Under the pieces are notes generated by a model. That model searched no databases and was not told the origin of the DNA. It saw only the letters and a program-made list of their open reading frames with translations. A stretch of DNA of 53,703 bases from a virus (taxonomy: Duplodnaviria > Caudoviricetes). Location of the stretch: the IMG/VR virus record IMGVR_UViG_3300018939_000022, positions 1-53,703 of that record. One strand, given 5' to 3'. This document shows positions 19,900 to 28,204 of this stretch, piece by piece. Made by a program: the position numbers and the translations under genes. How positions within the stretch are numbered: position 1 is the first letter of the stretch; every line of letters begins with the position of its first letter.

Positions 19900-20307
19900 C
19901 TAGGTGCGGGTCAGGTGAATCTTCGAACCGGCTGCGTCGAAGGCGTCGATCTCGTCGGCCGTCAGAGGGCGCCCCAGGTTGTCCTCGATCACGTCGCGGT
20001 GCGCCGTCCCGATTGTCCCGACCGTGACGGGGAACGTGCCGGCGTTGGCGGCGAGCGAATCGTTGGTCGGGCCGTCGGCGACAATCTTGACGGCCTCCAG
20101 GTTGACGCCGTAGAGCACGTCCCCCGCGCCCACCGTGTCGCCCGTCTTCTGGAAGGGCACGCCCGGCTTGAGCCGGCCGTCGGCGTCCACCTCGCCCGTG
20201 GTCAGATCGGAGATGTCCACGAAGACAACGTCCGTGGCGAGGACTTCCAGCATCGGGTAGCCGTACTGCGTGTCCTCCGCCTGCAACTCCGTGATTTGGA
20301 TCGGCAT
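19900..20307 (-). CDS. Head decoration protein
   Basis: 135 aa between scaffold and capsid genes, LKPGVP motif. Confidence 0.75.
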   Translation of the reverse strand: MPIQITELQAEDTQYGYPMLEVLATDVVFVDISDLTTGEVDADGRLKPGVPFQKTGDTVGAGDVLYGVNLEAVKIVADGPTNDSLAANAGTFPVTVGTIGTAHRDVIEDNLGRPLTADEIDAFDAAGSKIHLTRT

Positions 20308-20325
20308 CGGTCTCTACTCCTCTTT

Positions 20326-21060
20326 TCAGGCCGCGGCCTGTCGCTTGAAGACGGGGTTCATGTCGTCAGCCTGCTTGCCCTGATCGGCCTTCGCCGCTTC
20401 GCGCGTGCGCTTGAAAACGTCAGCCGGAGGCGCACCGCCCCCCGGCGTCGAACCCGGAACCCTCACCCCGCCCCGCTGCTCCGACGAGAGCGCCGGCAGC
20501 AGATCGGACAGCTCCGGCGTGGACTTCACCACATCCGCGAAGGGCCGCTCGACAAAGCTGTTGTCGCCCTGTTTAACCTTGGCGACGACCTCTTTCTTCC
20601 CGTCTTTGCCGTCGCGGACTTCAAGGGTCGAGAAGTCGTAAACTTTGGTCGCCAGCCGGGCGGTCTTTTCCTTGTCCCACCCCATCACCGCGCCGACCGA
20701 GTGCGCGTGCGCGGCGGCCTCTGCCGCTTCGGCCGTGGTCTTGTAGTTGTCGCGCTCGGTCTTCAAGGTGTTGAAGTCTTCGGGCTTCGTGATGCCCGCC
20801 GCCTTGACCGCCACGGCGAGATCGTGATCTGCCTTGGGGACGGCGACGTGGCCGTGCGGGATGACCTTGGCGGCGGCGAGCGCGCCCTTCGCCTCGTCAC
20901 GCTCCCGCTCTGCGGTCTGCTTCTCCGTGACGAGCTGGCGGTTGTTCGAGAGGACGGGATGATCGTCCGAGAGTTCGGGGACGTAGCGGCCCCCGACGAG
21001 TTTGTAGTGCTCGCGCAGTGCCTCCGGCACGTCGTCGAGCTTGTCGTAGATTTTCAGCAT
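20326..21060 (-). CDS. Capsid scaffolding protein
   Basis: LDDVPEALREHYK N-terminus, coiled coil, Gly/Pro tail; ATG 21060 with GGAG RBS. Confidence 0.75.
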   Translation of the reverse strand: MLKIYDKLDDVPEALREHYKLVGGRYVPELSDDHPVLSNNRQLVTEKQTAERERDEAKGALAAAKVIPHGHVAVPKADHDLAVAVKAAGITKPEDFNTLKTERDNYKTTAEAAEAAAHAHSVGAVMGWDKEKTARLATKVYDFSTLEVRDGKDGKKEVVAKVKQGDNSFVERPFADVVKSTPELSDLLPALSSEQRGGVRVPGSTPGGGAPPADVFKRTREAAKADQGKQADDMNPVFKRQAAA

Positions 21061-21106
21061 CGGTCTCCGCCTGTTGCTGCTCCCGCGCTCCGGCGAGGTT
21101 GGCTGG

Positions 21107-21141
21107 AAAAAGAAAAAGCCCGCGCTCGAAAGCGACGGGCT
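21107..21141 (-). terminator. Intrinsic terminator upstream of the scaffold gene
   Basis: AGCCCGTCGCT TTCG AGCGCGGGCT followed by TTTTCTTTTT. Confidence 0.7.
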
Positions 21142-21189
21142 GTAAGGCCAAGTCACTAACAAACGCGGGCGGGATGTGAATCCAAACCC

Positions 21190-21393
21190 TTATGCTTTTA
21201 TCAAATCACAGAGGTCGTCGAGTTCGTCTTGCAGGGTGTTGAACCGACGGCGCAGATCAAGGATGCGCGCCTTGACTTCCGGCGGAATGTTAGCACACTT
21301 TTCGCGGTCTGCGGGCGTGCCAGGGAATTTTTTTTCGCCCGCCTTGACCACCCTAATCGGCTGTCGGTGTGCGCTCACGGCTTCACAGAACAT
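21190..21393 (-). CDS. Hypothetical protein
   Basis: 67-aa ORF coupled to its neighbour. Confidence 0.45.
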   Translation of the reverse strand: MFCEAVSAHRQPIRVVKAGEKKFPGTPADREKCANIPPEVKARILDLRRRFNTLQDELDDLCDLIKA

Positions 21394-21574
21394 CCTTCGA
21401 GGGTTCGGGTACGATCTCTAAACCGATGCCCTCGATCTCGATCTTGGCGGTAGTCAACGATTCTTCCTGATTAAACGTCCACTCGATTGACAACACGCCC
21501 TCCACCTCGCCGCCCCCGTCCGCGACGAGTTTCGTACCCTTGCGCGTGCCGTCAGAGATGATCTGAAGTTTCAC
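21383..21574 (-). CDS. Hypothetical protein
   Basis: GTG start with GAGGGGG RBS. Confidence 0.5.
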   Translation of the reverse strand: MKLQIISDGTRKGTKLVADGGGEVEGVLSIEWTFNQEESLTTAKIEIEGIGLEIVPEPSKDVL

Positions 21575-21575
21575 G

Positions 21576-21845
21576 CTATCGCCCCCTCGCCCCCTCGCCC
21601 GTGCGGTCGTCAACCGGGGGCGGCGGCACTACCCTCACCGCTTCCCCCTCCTTCGCGATCCTCTTCAGTTCGGCAGATTTAAGGGGATCAACCCACTTCT
21701 CTCTAGCACGGTCGGGATACAAGTAGATGAATCGGATGATTCTCAACGTGCGCTTTTCTATTTGCCGCGCGCGTTCTCTTGAAACGCCAAGAACCTCTCC
21801 GACTTCGCGCAGGGTTTTACCGCCCATGCGCAGTGAATAAACCAC
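21576..21845 (-). CDS. Sigma-70 region-4-like HTH protein
   Basis: TLREVGEVLGVSRERARQIEKR is the classic region 4.2 motif. Confidence 0.75.
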   Translation of the reverse strand: MVYSLRMGGKTLREVGEVLGVSRERARQIEKRTLRIIRFIYLYPDRAREKWVDPLKSAELKRIAKEGEAVRVVPPPPVDDRTGEGARGR

Positions 21846-21906
21846 TCGTAGCGGCTTTGCCTCATAAGCCCTTTTTGCCTCATAAGTCGGCGGGCTGCCT
21901 CAAAAG

Positions 21907-22104
21907 TCACGCCGCAGCCTTTCCGCTTCGTCGCCTCTTAGGTTCAGGGAAAGGCACTCCGCTATCCCTGAAATGCTCGAAAGAGCGGACGGACTTTTTG
22001 AGCGCGGCGATCTGCCTCTTGGCTTCCGCGATAGCCTCATCCCACTTGCTTAAATTTTTTTCCCCCGATTTGCTTAAAGTTGTGGACGCAGTTGTATTTT
22101 TCAT
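21907..22104 (-). CDS. Small coiled-coil hypothetical protein
   Basis: AAGGAG RBS; divergent from the 22131 gene. Confidence 0.6.
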   Translation of the reverse strand: MKNTTASTTLSKSGEKNLSKWDEAIAEAKRQIAALKKSVRSFEHFRDSGVPFPEPKRRRSGKAAA

Positions 22105-22130
22105 GTATGCTCCTTCCGTTGGAGGTGGTT

Positions 22131-22733
22131 ATGAGCAGCGACTACTGGAAAGAAGTTCTGACGACCGCAAAGGTAAGACTCTCCGAGTTGCGCGCGAGGC
22201 GCGACGAACTCGACGCGGAGCGTGAGGAAGTCAACCTCGAAATAGTGCAGTTGGAGCAGGTCGTGACGAACCTCTCGCCGCTGGTGGCTGAGCGCGCGCA
22301 AAGCCCGCTGATCTACAGCCTCATGTCCCCGCTTCCTACGAACCTCGCCGATGCCTGCCGTGAAGTTCTCAGGCAAGTCAAAAAGTACATGACCCCGATT
22401 GAGATTCGGAACACGCTTGCCGCAAGCGGGTATGACCTTAGCCAGCACAACAACCCGCTCGCGAGCATCCACGGCATTCTTAAGCGGTTGGCGGAGAGCG
22501 GCGAGGTCGAGGCACTCACACACGATCTCAAAGGTACTATGTATAGCTGGAAGAGTACGGGCGGCGTTCGCGTCCCCGGCTCGACCCCCAGTTCGGGTAC
22601 GCCCTACGACTTGCTGCCGCAGCGTCCCGCGAAGCCCGGACACCGCGCAGACCCGCCTCCCGCCGAAGGGCGAGGGCCTCTGAGGCGTCTGCCGCTGCCG
22701 CCTAAAGATAAAGAGGGGAAGAAAAGGGAATGA
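22131..22733 (+). CDS. Coiled-coil plus winged-helix protein
   Basis: GGAGGT RBS; N-terminal heptads, then LADACREVL...MTPIEIRNTL...LASIHGILKRL wHTH pattern. Confidence 0.8.
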   Translation: MSSDYWKEVLTTAKVRLSELRARRDELDAEREEVNLEIVQLEQVVTNLSPLVAERAQSPLIYSLMSPLPTNLADACREVLRQVKKYMTPIEIRNTLAASGYDLSQHNNPLASIHGILKRLAESGEVEALTHDLKGTMYSWKSTGGVRVPGSTPSSGTPYDLLPQRPAKPGHRADPPPAEGRGPLRRLPLPPKDKEGKKRE

Positions 22734-22749
22734 TGAGGAATTAGTTAAC

Positions 22750-22843
22750 GGGGGTCTGGGTGAGTGGTTTAAACCACTGGTCTGAGAAGCCAGCGACGGT
22801 GCTACCACACCGTCCGTCCGTTCAAATCGGACGACCCCCGCCA
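22750..22843 (+). tRNA. Class II tRNA, anticodon GAG (Leu) on a tRNA-Ser-type body
   Basis: Acceptor stem GGGGGTC/GACCCCC; D-arm GGT..GG..ACC; anticodon arm CTGGT-CTGAGAA-GCCAG; 7-bp variable stem; T-arm GTCCG-TTCAAAT-CGGAC; G73 and encoded CCA. Confidence 0.92.
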
Positions 22844-22970
22844 ACTTAGCAGCCACGGCGGAAGCGGTAACTTCCGCCGTGGCATTCAACCACACAGCCG
22901 AAGCTATGCGGCCTAAGCATCCGAAATTATAGCTTGACGCTGTGTGTTCACCAAGTGAGGAACACACGCC

Positions 22971-23225
22971 ATGTCCATCCGCGAACAGAAGGCCCGCCAG
23001 ATCATCGAGCGCGCCAACATCACCCGCAACGGCAACCTCTGGCTTGTCCCTTCCCAGTCGGGACGCGGACGCTACAAAGTTGACGCTGAGAAGCGAAGCT
23101 GCTCCTGCCCTGACTACGACTTTCGCCGCCAGCCCTGCAAGCACATCTTCGCCGTCGAGTTGATCGTCAAGCGCGGTACGATTGAAGATGTTAAATACGG
23201 AAAGACTTGGAAGCATGTTGACTAG
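22971..23225 (+). CDS. SWIM zinc-finger protein (possibly a truncated transposase N-terminus)
   Basis: CSCPDY...PCKH SWIM motif; GAGG RBS; TTGACG upstream. Confidence 0.75.
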   Translation: MSIREQKARQIIERANITRNGNLWLVPSQSGRGRYKVDAEKRSCSCPDYDFRRQPCKHIFAVELIVKRGTIEDVKYGKTWKHVD

Positions 23226-24895
23226 GCGGCCTGCTGCGCGCCCCTCTTCTCACCCGCCGCCGAACTGTCCGGCCTTTCGGAACTGTCGGGCGCGGCCGGC
23301 GTCCCCGTAAGCTGACTCATCCTGACTCGCGCCGCTTCAATCAGTGTGTTTTCTTGATCGGTGTCCTCTACGCCCGTGGCGCGCTGCACCCGCTCTTTAG
23401 ACCAGACCCCCTTCTCCCACAGCGAGACGTACATCGTGACCTCTTCGGGCGTGACAGGCCCCGTGTCTATCCGGCAGTCGGCGTTGGCGCGCAGGGAGTC
23501 GAACCGTCCCGGCTGGCCTGAGAGCGTGGCGGCCATCGCCAGCACGGTTTCGAGCGCCCACCGGCACGCGGCGTCCACCTCGCCCTTCGTCGGGTTCAGG
23601 GAGAGGGCGAAGCCCCCGCGCGCCTGAACCCTTGAAACGCCCGTGGCCTGCGCGTCCCCCGCAATCAGCGTGTGAACCTGCTTGGACTCTTCGAGTATGT
23701 CCCGGTAGTCGGCCCGCTCGCTCCCGATGAACACGTCCACAGGCGACGGCTCACTCCGCTCGATGTAGGGCTGCTCGACGTGCTCCTTGCCTTCCCCGTC
23801 AGTCCACCTGAACCCCGTCCACGCATTGATGACGGGCGGGCCGCGCTTGATCGGGTCGGGCACGAATTTCTGTGAGCCGTCCGGTTGGGTTACGATCTTG
23901 CCGGGCAGATCGACGTTCAGGAGCGTCGTCTCGGCGAAGCCGGCGGTGTTGAGGTTGTGCCCCCTTAAGGTCTTGGCCTTGTTGAGCTGCTTGTTGCTCT
24001 GGACGATCTGCGGCGTGATGAAGGGCTTGCGCCGCATCTCGTAGATGAGCAGACGCCCGCCCAGGTCGAACGTGGCCGGCTCCGCGTCGGCCTCCCGCCG
24101 GGGCGTGGCGGAGAAAATCGACTGGTAGCTCGATTGTGGCGTGTACGGAACGGCCGGGTTGTTCTCATCCCTCAATACCTTCCAGACGGTCTCCTTCGCG
24201 TCGTTCAGGTAAGTTATCTCTGCGACTTCCTCCTCGCCGTCTTTGACCGCGAACACCCCGGCCTGGCGTCGGCTGTACGGGTCGGTCAGCACCGTGGCCT
24301 GATCGTAGGGCAGGGCCTCGACGAAGATTTTCTCTAAGGACTCTTCCAGCGGGGCGGTAGGGATCATCCCATTTTCCCCGACCTCTGCCGGCGGAATGAA
24401 GAGGCGCATCGGTGCGCGGGTCGTCTTGAGCAGCGTCTCGGTCGCGTCCTGAAAGACCTTCAGCATCCGCCGCTCGTTCCACCACACGGTCAGCGCGGCC
24501 TGCGCCTCCCGGATTAGGGCCTGCTCCTTTTCGTTCGGCTTCTCGTCCTCCGTGAGTTCGCGCCCGTCTAGGATTTCACCTTTCTTCGCCAGCGGCCTGC
24601 GGACGGTCAATGCCCACTCGATCTCGCGGCTCACCACCCCGTCGCGGTGGCCGTCCGTGATGTCGCGCACGGCGTTCTTGCTGGCGAACTCCTTTTCGAC
24701 CTTGTCGTAAGACGCCGGGTTGTTGCGGTCGCCGTCGGCCGGCTGCGGCCCCGTCCAGAATCGGCCTTTGTCGAAGTGCTCGCCGTCGTAGAAGAGGAGG
24801 TTGTCGGCCGCGCCCCACTTGTCGGCCTCTTTCTTGGCCCCCGTGACGGCCTCGGCTATCTGGCGGCGGGTCAACGTGTCGAATTGGATTCTCAT
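23222..24895 (-). CDS. Portal protein
   Basis: About 557 aa right after TerL with ATGA overlap; FYDGEHF N-terminal motif. Confidence 0.85.
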   Translation of the reverse strand: MRIQFDTLTRRQIAEAVTGAKKEADKWGAADNLLFYDGEHFDKGRFWTGPQPADGDRNNPASYDKVEKEFASKNAVRDITDGHRDGVVSREIEWALTVRRPLAKKGEILDGRELTEDEKPNEKEQALIREAQAALTVWWNERRMLKVFQDATETLLKTTRAPMRLFIPPAEVGENGMIPTAPLEESLEKIFVEALPYDQATVLTDPYSRRQAGVFAVKDGEEEVAEITYLNDAKETVWKVLRDENNPAVPYTPQSSYQSIFSATPRREADAEPATFDLGGRLLIYEMRRKPFITPQIVQSNKQLNKAKTLRGHNLNTAGFAETTLLNVDLPGKIVTQPDGSQKFVPDPIKRGPPVINAWTGFRWTDGEGKEHVEQPYIERSEPSPVDVFIGSERADYRDILEESKQVHTLIAGDAQATGVSRVQARGGFALSLNPTKGEVDAACRWALETVLAMAATLSGQPGRFDSLRANADCRIDTGPVTPEEVTMYVSLWEKGVWSKERVQRATGVEDTDQENTLIEAARVRMSQLTGTPAAPDSSERPDSSAAGEKRGAQQAA

Positions 24896-26088
24896 CCCGA
24901 ATGCACCCCGCTGAATGACTTGGTGATCTGCGGCTCGCGCGGCAGACTCAGCCACTCCGTGCCGTACCGCCCGCCGTCAATGGCGTGGTTGTCGAAGTCA
25001 ATCACCTCGTCCAAAATCTGCCCGGTTTTCTTATCCTTTTTCCAACTGTAACGCTTGGCCTCTCGCAATAGGTTTGCGCTGCCTTCGTGGATTCGGAGCG
25101 GCCTCGACTTCACGCGATCAATACTGGCCTTGACAGAACCCGGCCCTTTATACGCGCCCACGATCTTGAAGCCCGCGCGCCGTATCTCTTCAATGGTTTT
25201 CGGCTCAGCCGAGTCTGCGACGATGTATGAGGTTGCGAGTTCGGGGATTTCCTTCAACTTCTCTATCAGATCGGCTGTGGTTAATTTTGTTTGGTATAGC
25301 ATCTCACGCCAGTACAACTCGGCGTCATACAGCCGCGTTTCCGTTAGCGCGGTCGGCTCGTTGTAGCCGAAGTCCAAGCCGTAGGCGGCTGCACCCTTGC
25401 CATGGGGGTAGGCGGCATCCGTGACGGTTTTCCAGTGGGTGAAGACCCGCGTAGAACCCGAACCTATCTCTCCGAGTCCGTAAACCTTCCAGTAATCCTC
25501 GTCCACGTCGCGCAGCCTTTCGATCTCAGAGACAAGCGACTCCTCAAGAAACGGGTTGTCTCTGTAGGTGGTCACACACAGTTCGCTGTCGTCGCGCATT
25601 TCCACCTGATCGTAAATCCAAGAGAACGGGTCAGACGGGTTGTAGTCTAAGACGATCTTGTCGGTCGTTCTGAGGGCCAACTGCCGGAATGACTCAAGCT
25701 CATTCTCGTTGGCCTCGTTCAAGAACAAGACGTTGCGCTTGCGCCCCCTCACCCGCTCTGCCTGATCCACTCCGATGAACTCGAAGAGGTTGGAGCCTAA
25801 CTGATACTCGTTATTGCTTTTGTTGTGGCTCGACTCCCGGTATAAATCCAGACGGTTTAGAATCTCGAAGAAGTCGCGCATGGCGGACGCGCGGAGGGCA
25901 GGCAGAGTGTTTCGCGCGACCGTGCAGACTTCCCCCTGCGCGAGTCGCGCCCACACGAGAATGAGAAACAATAGGACGTTGTAGGTCTTCCCCGAACGAG
26001 TGCCGCCGCGCAAAGATGTGATTCGCGCGCGGGACTTGTTCAAGACGCGGAAGACCTTATTCGTCCGAATCTCCATTCGAGTCAACAA
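24892..26088 (-). CDS. terL: Terminase large subunit (PBSX/SPP1-type)
   Basis: Walker A GGTRSGKT, LFLNEANE, DYNPS, GLDFGY, DNHAIDGGRY. Confidence 0.95.
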   Translation of the reverse strand: MLTRMEIRTNKVFRVLNKSRARITSLRGGTRSGKTYNVLLFLILVWARLAQGEVCTVARNTLPALRASAMRDFFEILNRLDLYRESSHNKSNNEYQLGSNLFEFIGVDQAERVRGRKRNVLFLNEANENELESFRQLALRTTDKIVLDYNPSDPFSWIYDQVEMRDDSELCVTTYRDNPFLEESLVSEIERLRDVDEDYWKVYGLGEIGSGSTRVFTHWKTVTDAAYPHGKGAAAYGLDFGYNEPTALTETRLYDAELYWREMLYQTKLTTADLIEKLKEIPELATSYIVADSAEPKTIEEIRRAGFKIVGAYKGPGSVKASIDRVKSRPLRIHEGSANLLREAKRYSWKKDKKTGQILDEVIDFDNHAIDGGRYGTEWLSLPREPQITKSFSGVHSG

Positions 26089-26617
26089 TCCTCACGGTGA
26101 TATTCCTGAACAGGTCTGCGCCGTCCTTGCCGGTGTGTTCGTGCCTTTCCGACCACTCGCCCAACTCCTGCGCCGCCTGCTTCTCGTGCTCGCGCATCTC
26201 CCGCAAAAGCCCCGTATCAACGGCGTACTCTTCAACGACCTGAAAGTCTTCACCCTTCCCGATGCCCTTCACCTGCCGAACCAGAAGGCCGGTATTTCCG
26301 CCGCCCGGCACGCCTTTCAGGTTGTCGGCCCGCTGCGCGATAACTTGGCGCATCCGCTCCCACCGGTCGTTTAAGGCGTCGAGCCGATTCTGCTTTTCAA
26401 CGATGCCGCGCGCGACTAAAGCACGGCGGGTCTCTTCTTTTATCTCCACGACGCGGGCCTGAAAGCCCTTTTCCAATTTCCAGCGAGCTAAGGTACGTCG
26501 TGTAATTGACAGTTCGTCGGCAATGTTTTCGTCGGTCAGACGGTCTTCGGCCACGAGAAAAGCGGCGCGCTCTTTCTTCACAGTCTGCGGGGTGTTTTGT
26601 GTGACATTTTGTGACAT
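26057..26617 (-). CDS. terS: Terminase small subunit
   Basis: N-terminal HTH, C-terminal EHTGKDG motif, upstream of TerL. Confidence 0.85.
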   Translation of the reverse strand: MSQNVTQNTPQTVKKERAAFLVAEDRLTDENIADELSITRRTLARWKLEKGFQARVVEIKEETRRALVARGIVEKQNRLDALNDRWERMRQVIAQRADNLKGVPGGGNTGLLVRQVKGIGKGEDFQVVEEYAVDTGLLREMREHEKQAAQELGEWSERHEHTGKDGADLFRNITVRIVDSNGDSDE

Positions 26618-26702
26618 TCAGGCTTTACGGCTACTCACTTCCTCTGCCCCACTAACCAACACCCCCTGCCTACGGGCGGCCGGTGCGGCCCGGACGCGCG
26701 CG

Positions 26703-27098
26703 TCACGCGACCCCCGCGAAGAAGTTCTCGATGCGCTCGCGCAGCGTCATTGTGTCGTCCGGCTTTTCGAGCAGCAGCACGTCGAGTTCTTTGGCCCGCA
26801 CCCGATTCATCATGTCGCGCTTCACGTGGGCCGAGAGCGCCCACACGGGAACCTGCGACACCTCCCTGATCCTCTCCACGGCCGTCCACCCGTCCACGGG
26901 ACTCATGGCGAGGTCGGTCACGATCAAGTCCCACCGCTCGTCCGCGCCCCGCCGCGCCAAAGTCTCCCCGTCCGTGACGAACTCGGCATCGAAGGCCGCA
27001 CCGCGGAAGAAGAGGCGCAGGTGCGCGACGAGGTCTTCCGCATCATCACAAAAGAGGACGCGGGGGCGGCCGTTCACCTGTAGTGCGCTTGCAGCCAT
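26703..27098 (-). CDS. Stand-alone response regulator receiver domain
   Basis: VLFCDD, LIVTDLAMSPVDG (phospho-Asp), ALSAH and LEKP are all conserved. Confidence 0.88.
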   Translation of the reverse strand: MAASALQVNGRPRVLFCDDAEDLVAHLRLFFRGAAFDAEFVTDGETLARRGADERWDLIVTDLAMSPVDGWTAVERIREVSQVPVWALSAHVKRDMMNRVRAKELDVLLLEKPDDTMTLRERIENFFAGVA

Positions 27099-27514
27099 AA
27101 GGCGAATCCGTAAATCAGGCCGAGGGCCACCGCTAGGGCTATGAAGAACTGCACGACGGGGTGGGCCTTCTTGGAAATCCAGACGAGCACGCCGCGCTGT
27201 TTTCTGTCCTCCTGGTGCTCGCGCCGCGACTGCTCGGTGTGCGCCCGCTGCGCCGCCAGCTCCTCCTGCAACTTCTCGATTTCGACGCGGTGGCGGGCCT
27301 CCTCCTGCTTCGCGCGCTCGACCATGAGCGCCTTGTGTAGTTCCTTGAGTTCGAGGTCTGAGCGGGTCAACTCCTGCACGGAGTTGGCGATCTGCAAGAG
27401 GTCGCGCTGTAGAGGCTCGATCATGTCGCGCAACATGACGACGGGCGCGAGGTGCGTCACCGCCTCCTCAATCCTGACCATCCGCGCCTCCATGCTCCGC
27501 ATCCACTCTTCCAT
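27074..27514 (-). CDS. Coiled-coil protein with C-terminal transmembrane helix (holin-like)
   Basis: Heptad region plus FFIALAVALGLIYGFALWL; lies in the lysis module. Confidence 0.6.
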   Translation of the reverse strand: MEEWMRSMEARMVRIEEAVTHLAPVVMLRDMIEPLQRDLLQIANSVQELTRSDLELKELHKALMVERAKQEEARHRVEIEKLQEELAAQRAHTEQSRREHQEDRKQRGVLVWISKKAHPVVQFFIALAVALGLIYGFALWLQAHYR

Positions 27515-27740
27515 AGCGGTGAGGGAAATCCTTTCTGCGGCCCTTAACTGATTTGTGTTTCGGCCCCCACCGCCATAGAGTTACGCGCGCGGCGCAAGGC
27601 GTGGTCAACTCACGTCTTCGCGTCGAAGGGTCGGGCGGATGTCTTTGACCGGAATCCGCCTGGCCCGCTCCCTCCCTTCCAACGATGAAAGGGAAATCAA
27701 AAAACTGTCATGCGACCGCCCCGGAAGATGAGGGACGCGG

Positions 27741-27938
27741 TCAACACGTCTCGCACACACAACCGTATTCGGGCGGCTCGCCCTGCTTAGACACCTTCGT
27801 GTGATCGTGATCCCCGGTGGGGCTGCCCACGTTGCGCCCGCAGAAGTAGCAGCCGTCGATGCACCGCTCGCCGGGGTGCGGGCAGAACTGCGCGCCCCAC
27901 CACTGGCCCTTGTCGTTCTGTTCTGCCTGTTCGCCCAT
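27741..27938 (-). CDS. Cys-rich hypothetical protein
   Basis: Several CxxC/CxC motifs. Confidence 0.45.
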   Translation of the reverse strand: MGEQAEQNDKGQWWGAQFCPHPGERCIDGCYFCGRNVGSPTGDHDHTKVSKQGEPPEYGCVCETC

Positions 27939-27946
27939 ACAACCTT

Positions 27947-28204
27947 TCAACACCCCGCGACCGCCAACCCCGTCACCACCGACAGCGCGAACCGAGGACA
28001 GGACGATGAGTAGTCGCGGGCCGTCACTTCCCCGCCGCCCTCTGCGATCAACTCCCACTCTGCCGGGTTGTGGATTCGCTGGCGGCGGATGATCGTCACC
28101 GCGCCCCTCCGATCCGCCACCCGCTCAACCGTATAGCCTTCCGCGCCGCCGACGTGGCGGACGACATCGCCGGGCCTCAACTTATGAAAGGCGGCCTCGT
28201 CCAT
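27947..28204 (-). CDS. Hypothetical protein
   Basis: TGATG coupling to the lysin gene; LRPGDVVRH motif. Confidence 0.55.
   Translation of the reverse strand: MDEAAFHKLRPGDVVRHVGGAEGYTVERVADRRGAVTIIRRQRIHNPAEWELIAEGGGEVTARDYSSSCPRFALSVVTGLAVAGC

Noticed and set aside
20441-20460. tRNA T-arm-like string CCGGGTTCGACGCCGG on the minus strand
   Set aside because: Inside the scaffold coding sequence with no acceptor, D or anticodon arms
22101-23216. 371-aa minus-strand ORF
   Set aside because: Antisense shadow of the wHTH, tRNA and SWIM genes, with no motif
26596-26618. Short tandem TGTGACATT repeat
   Set aside because: Encodes MSQNVTQN at the TerS start; too short to call a pac or operator site
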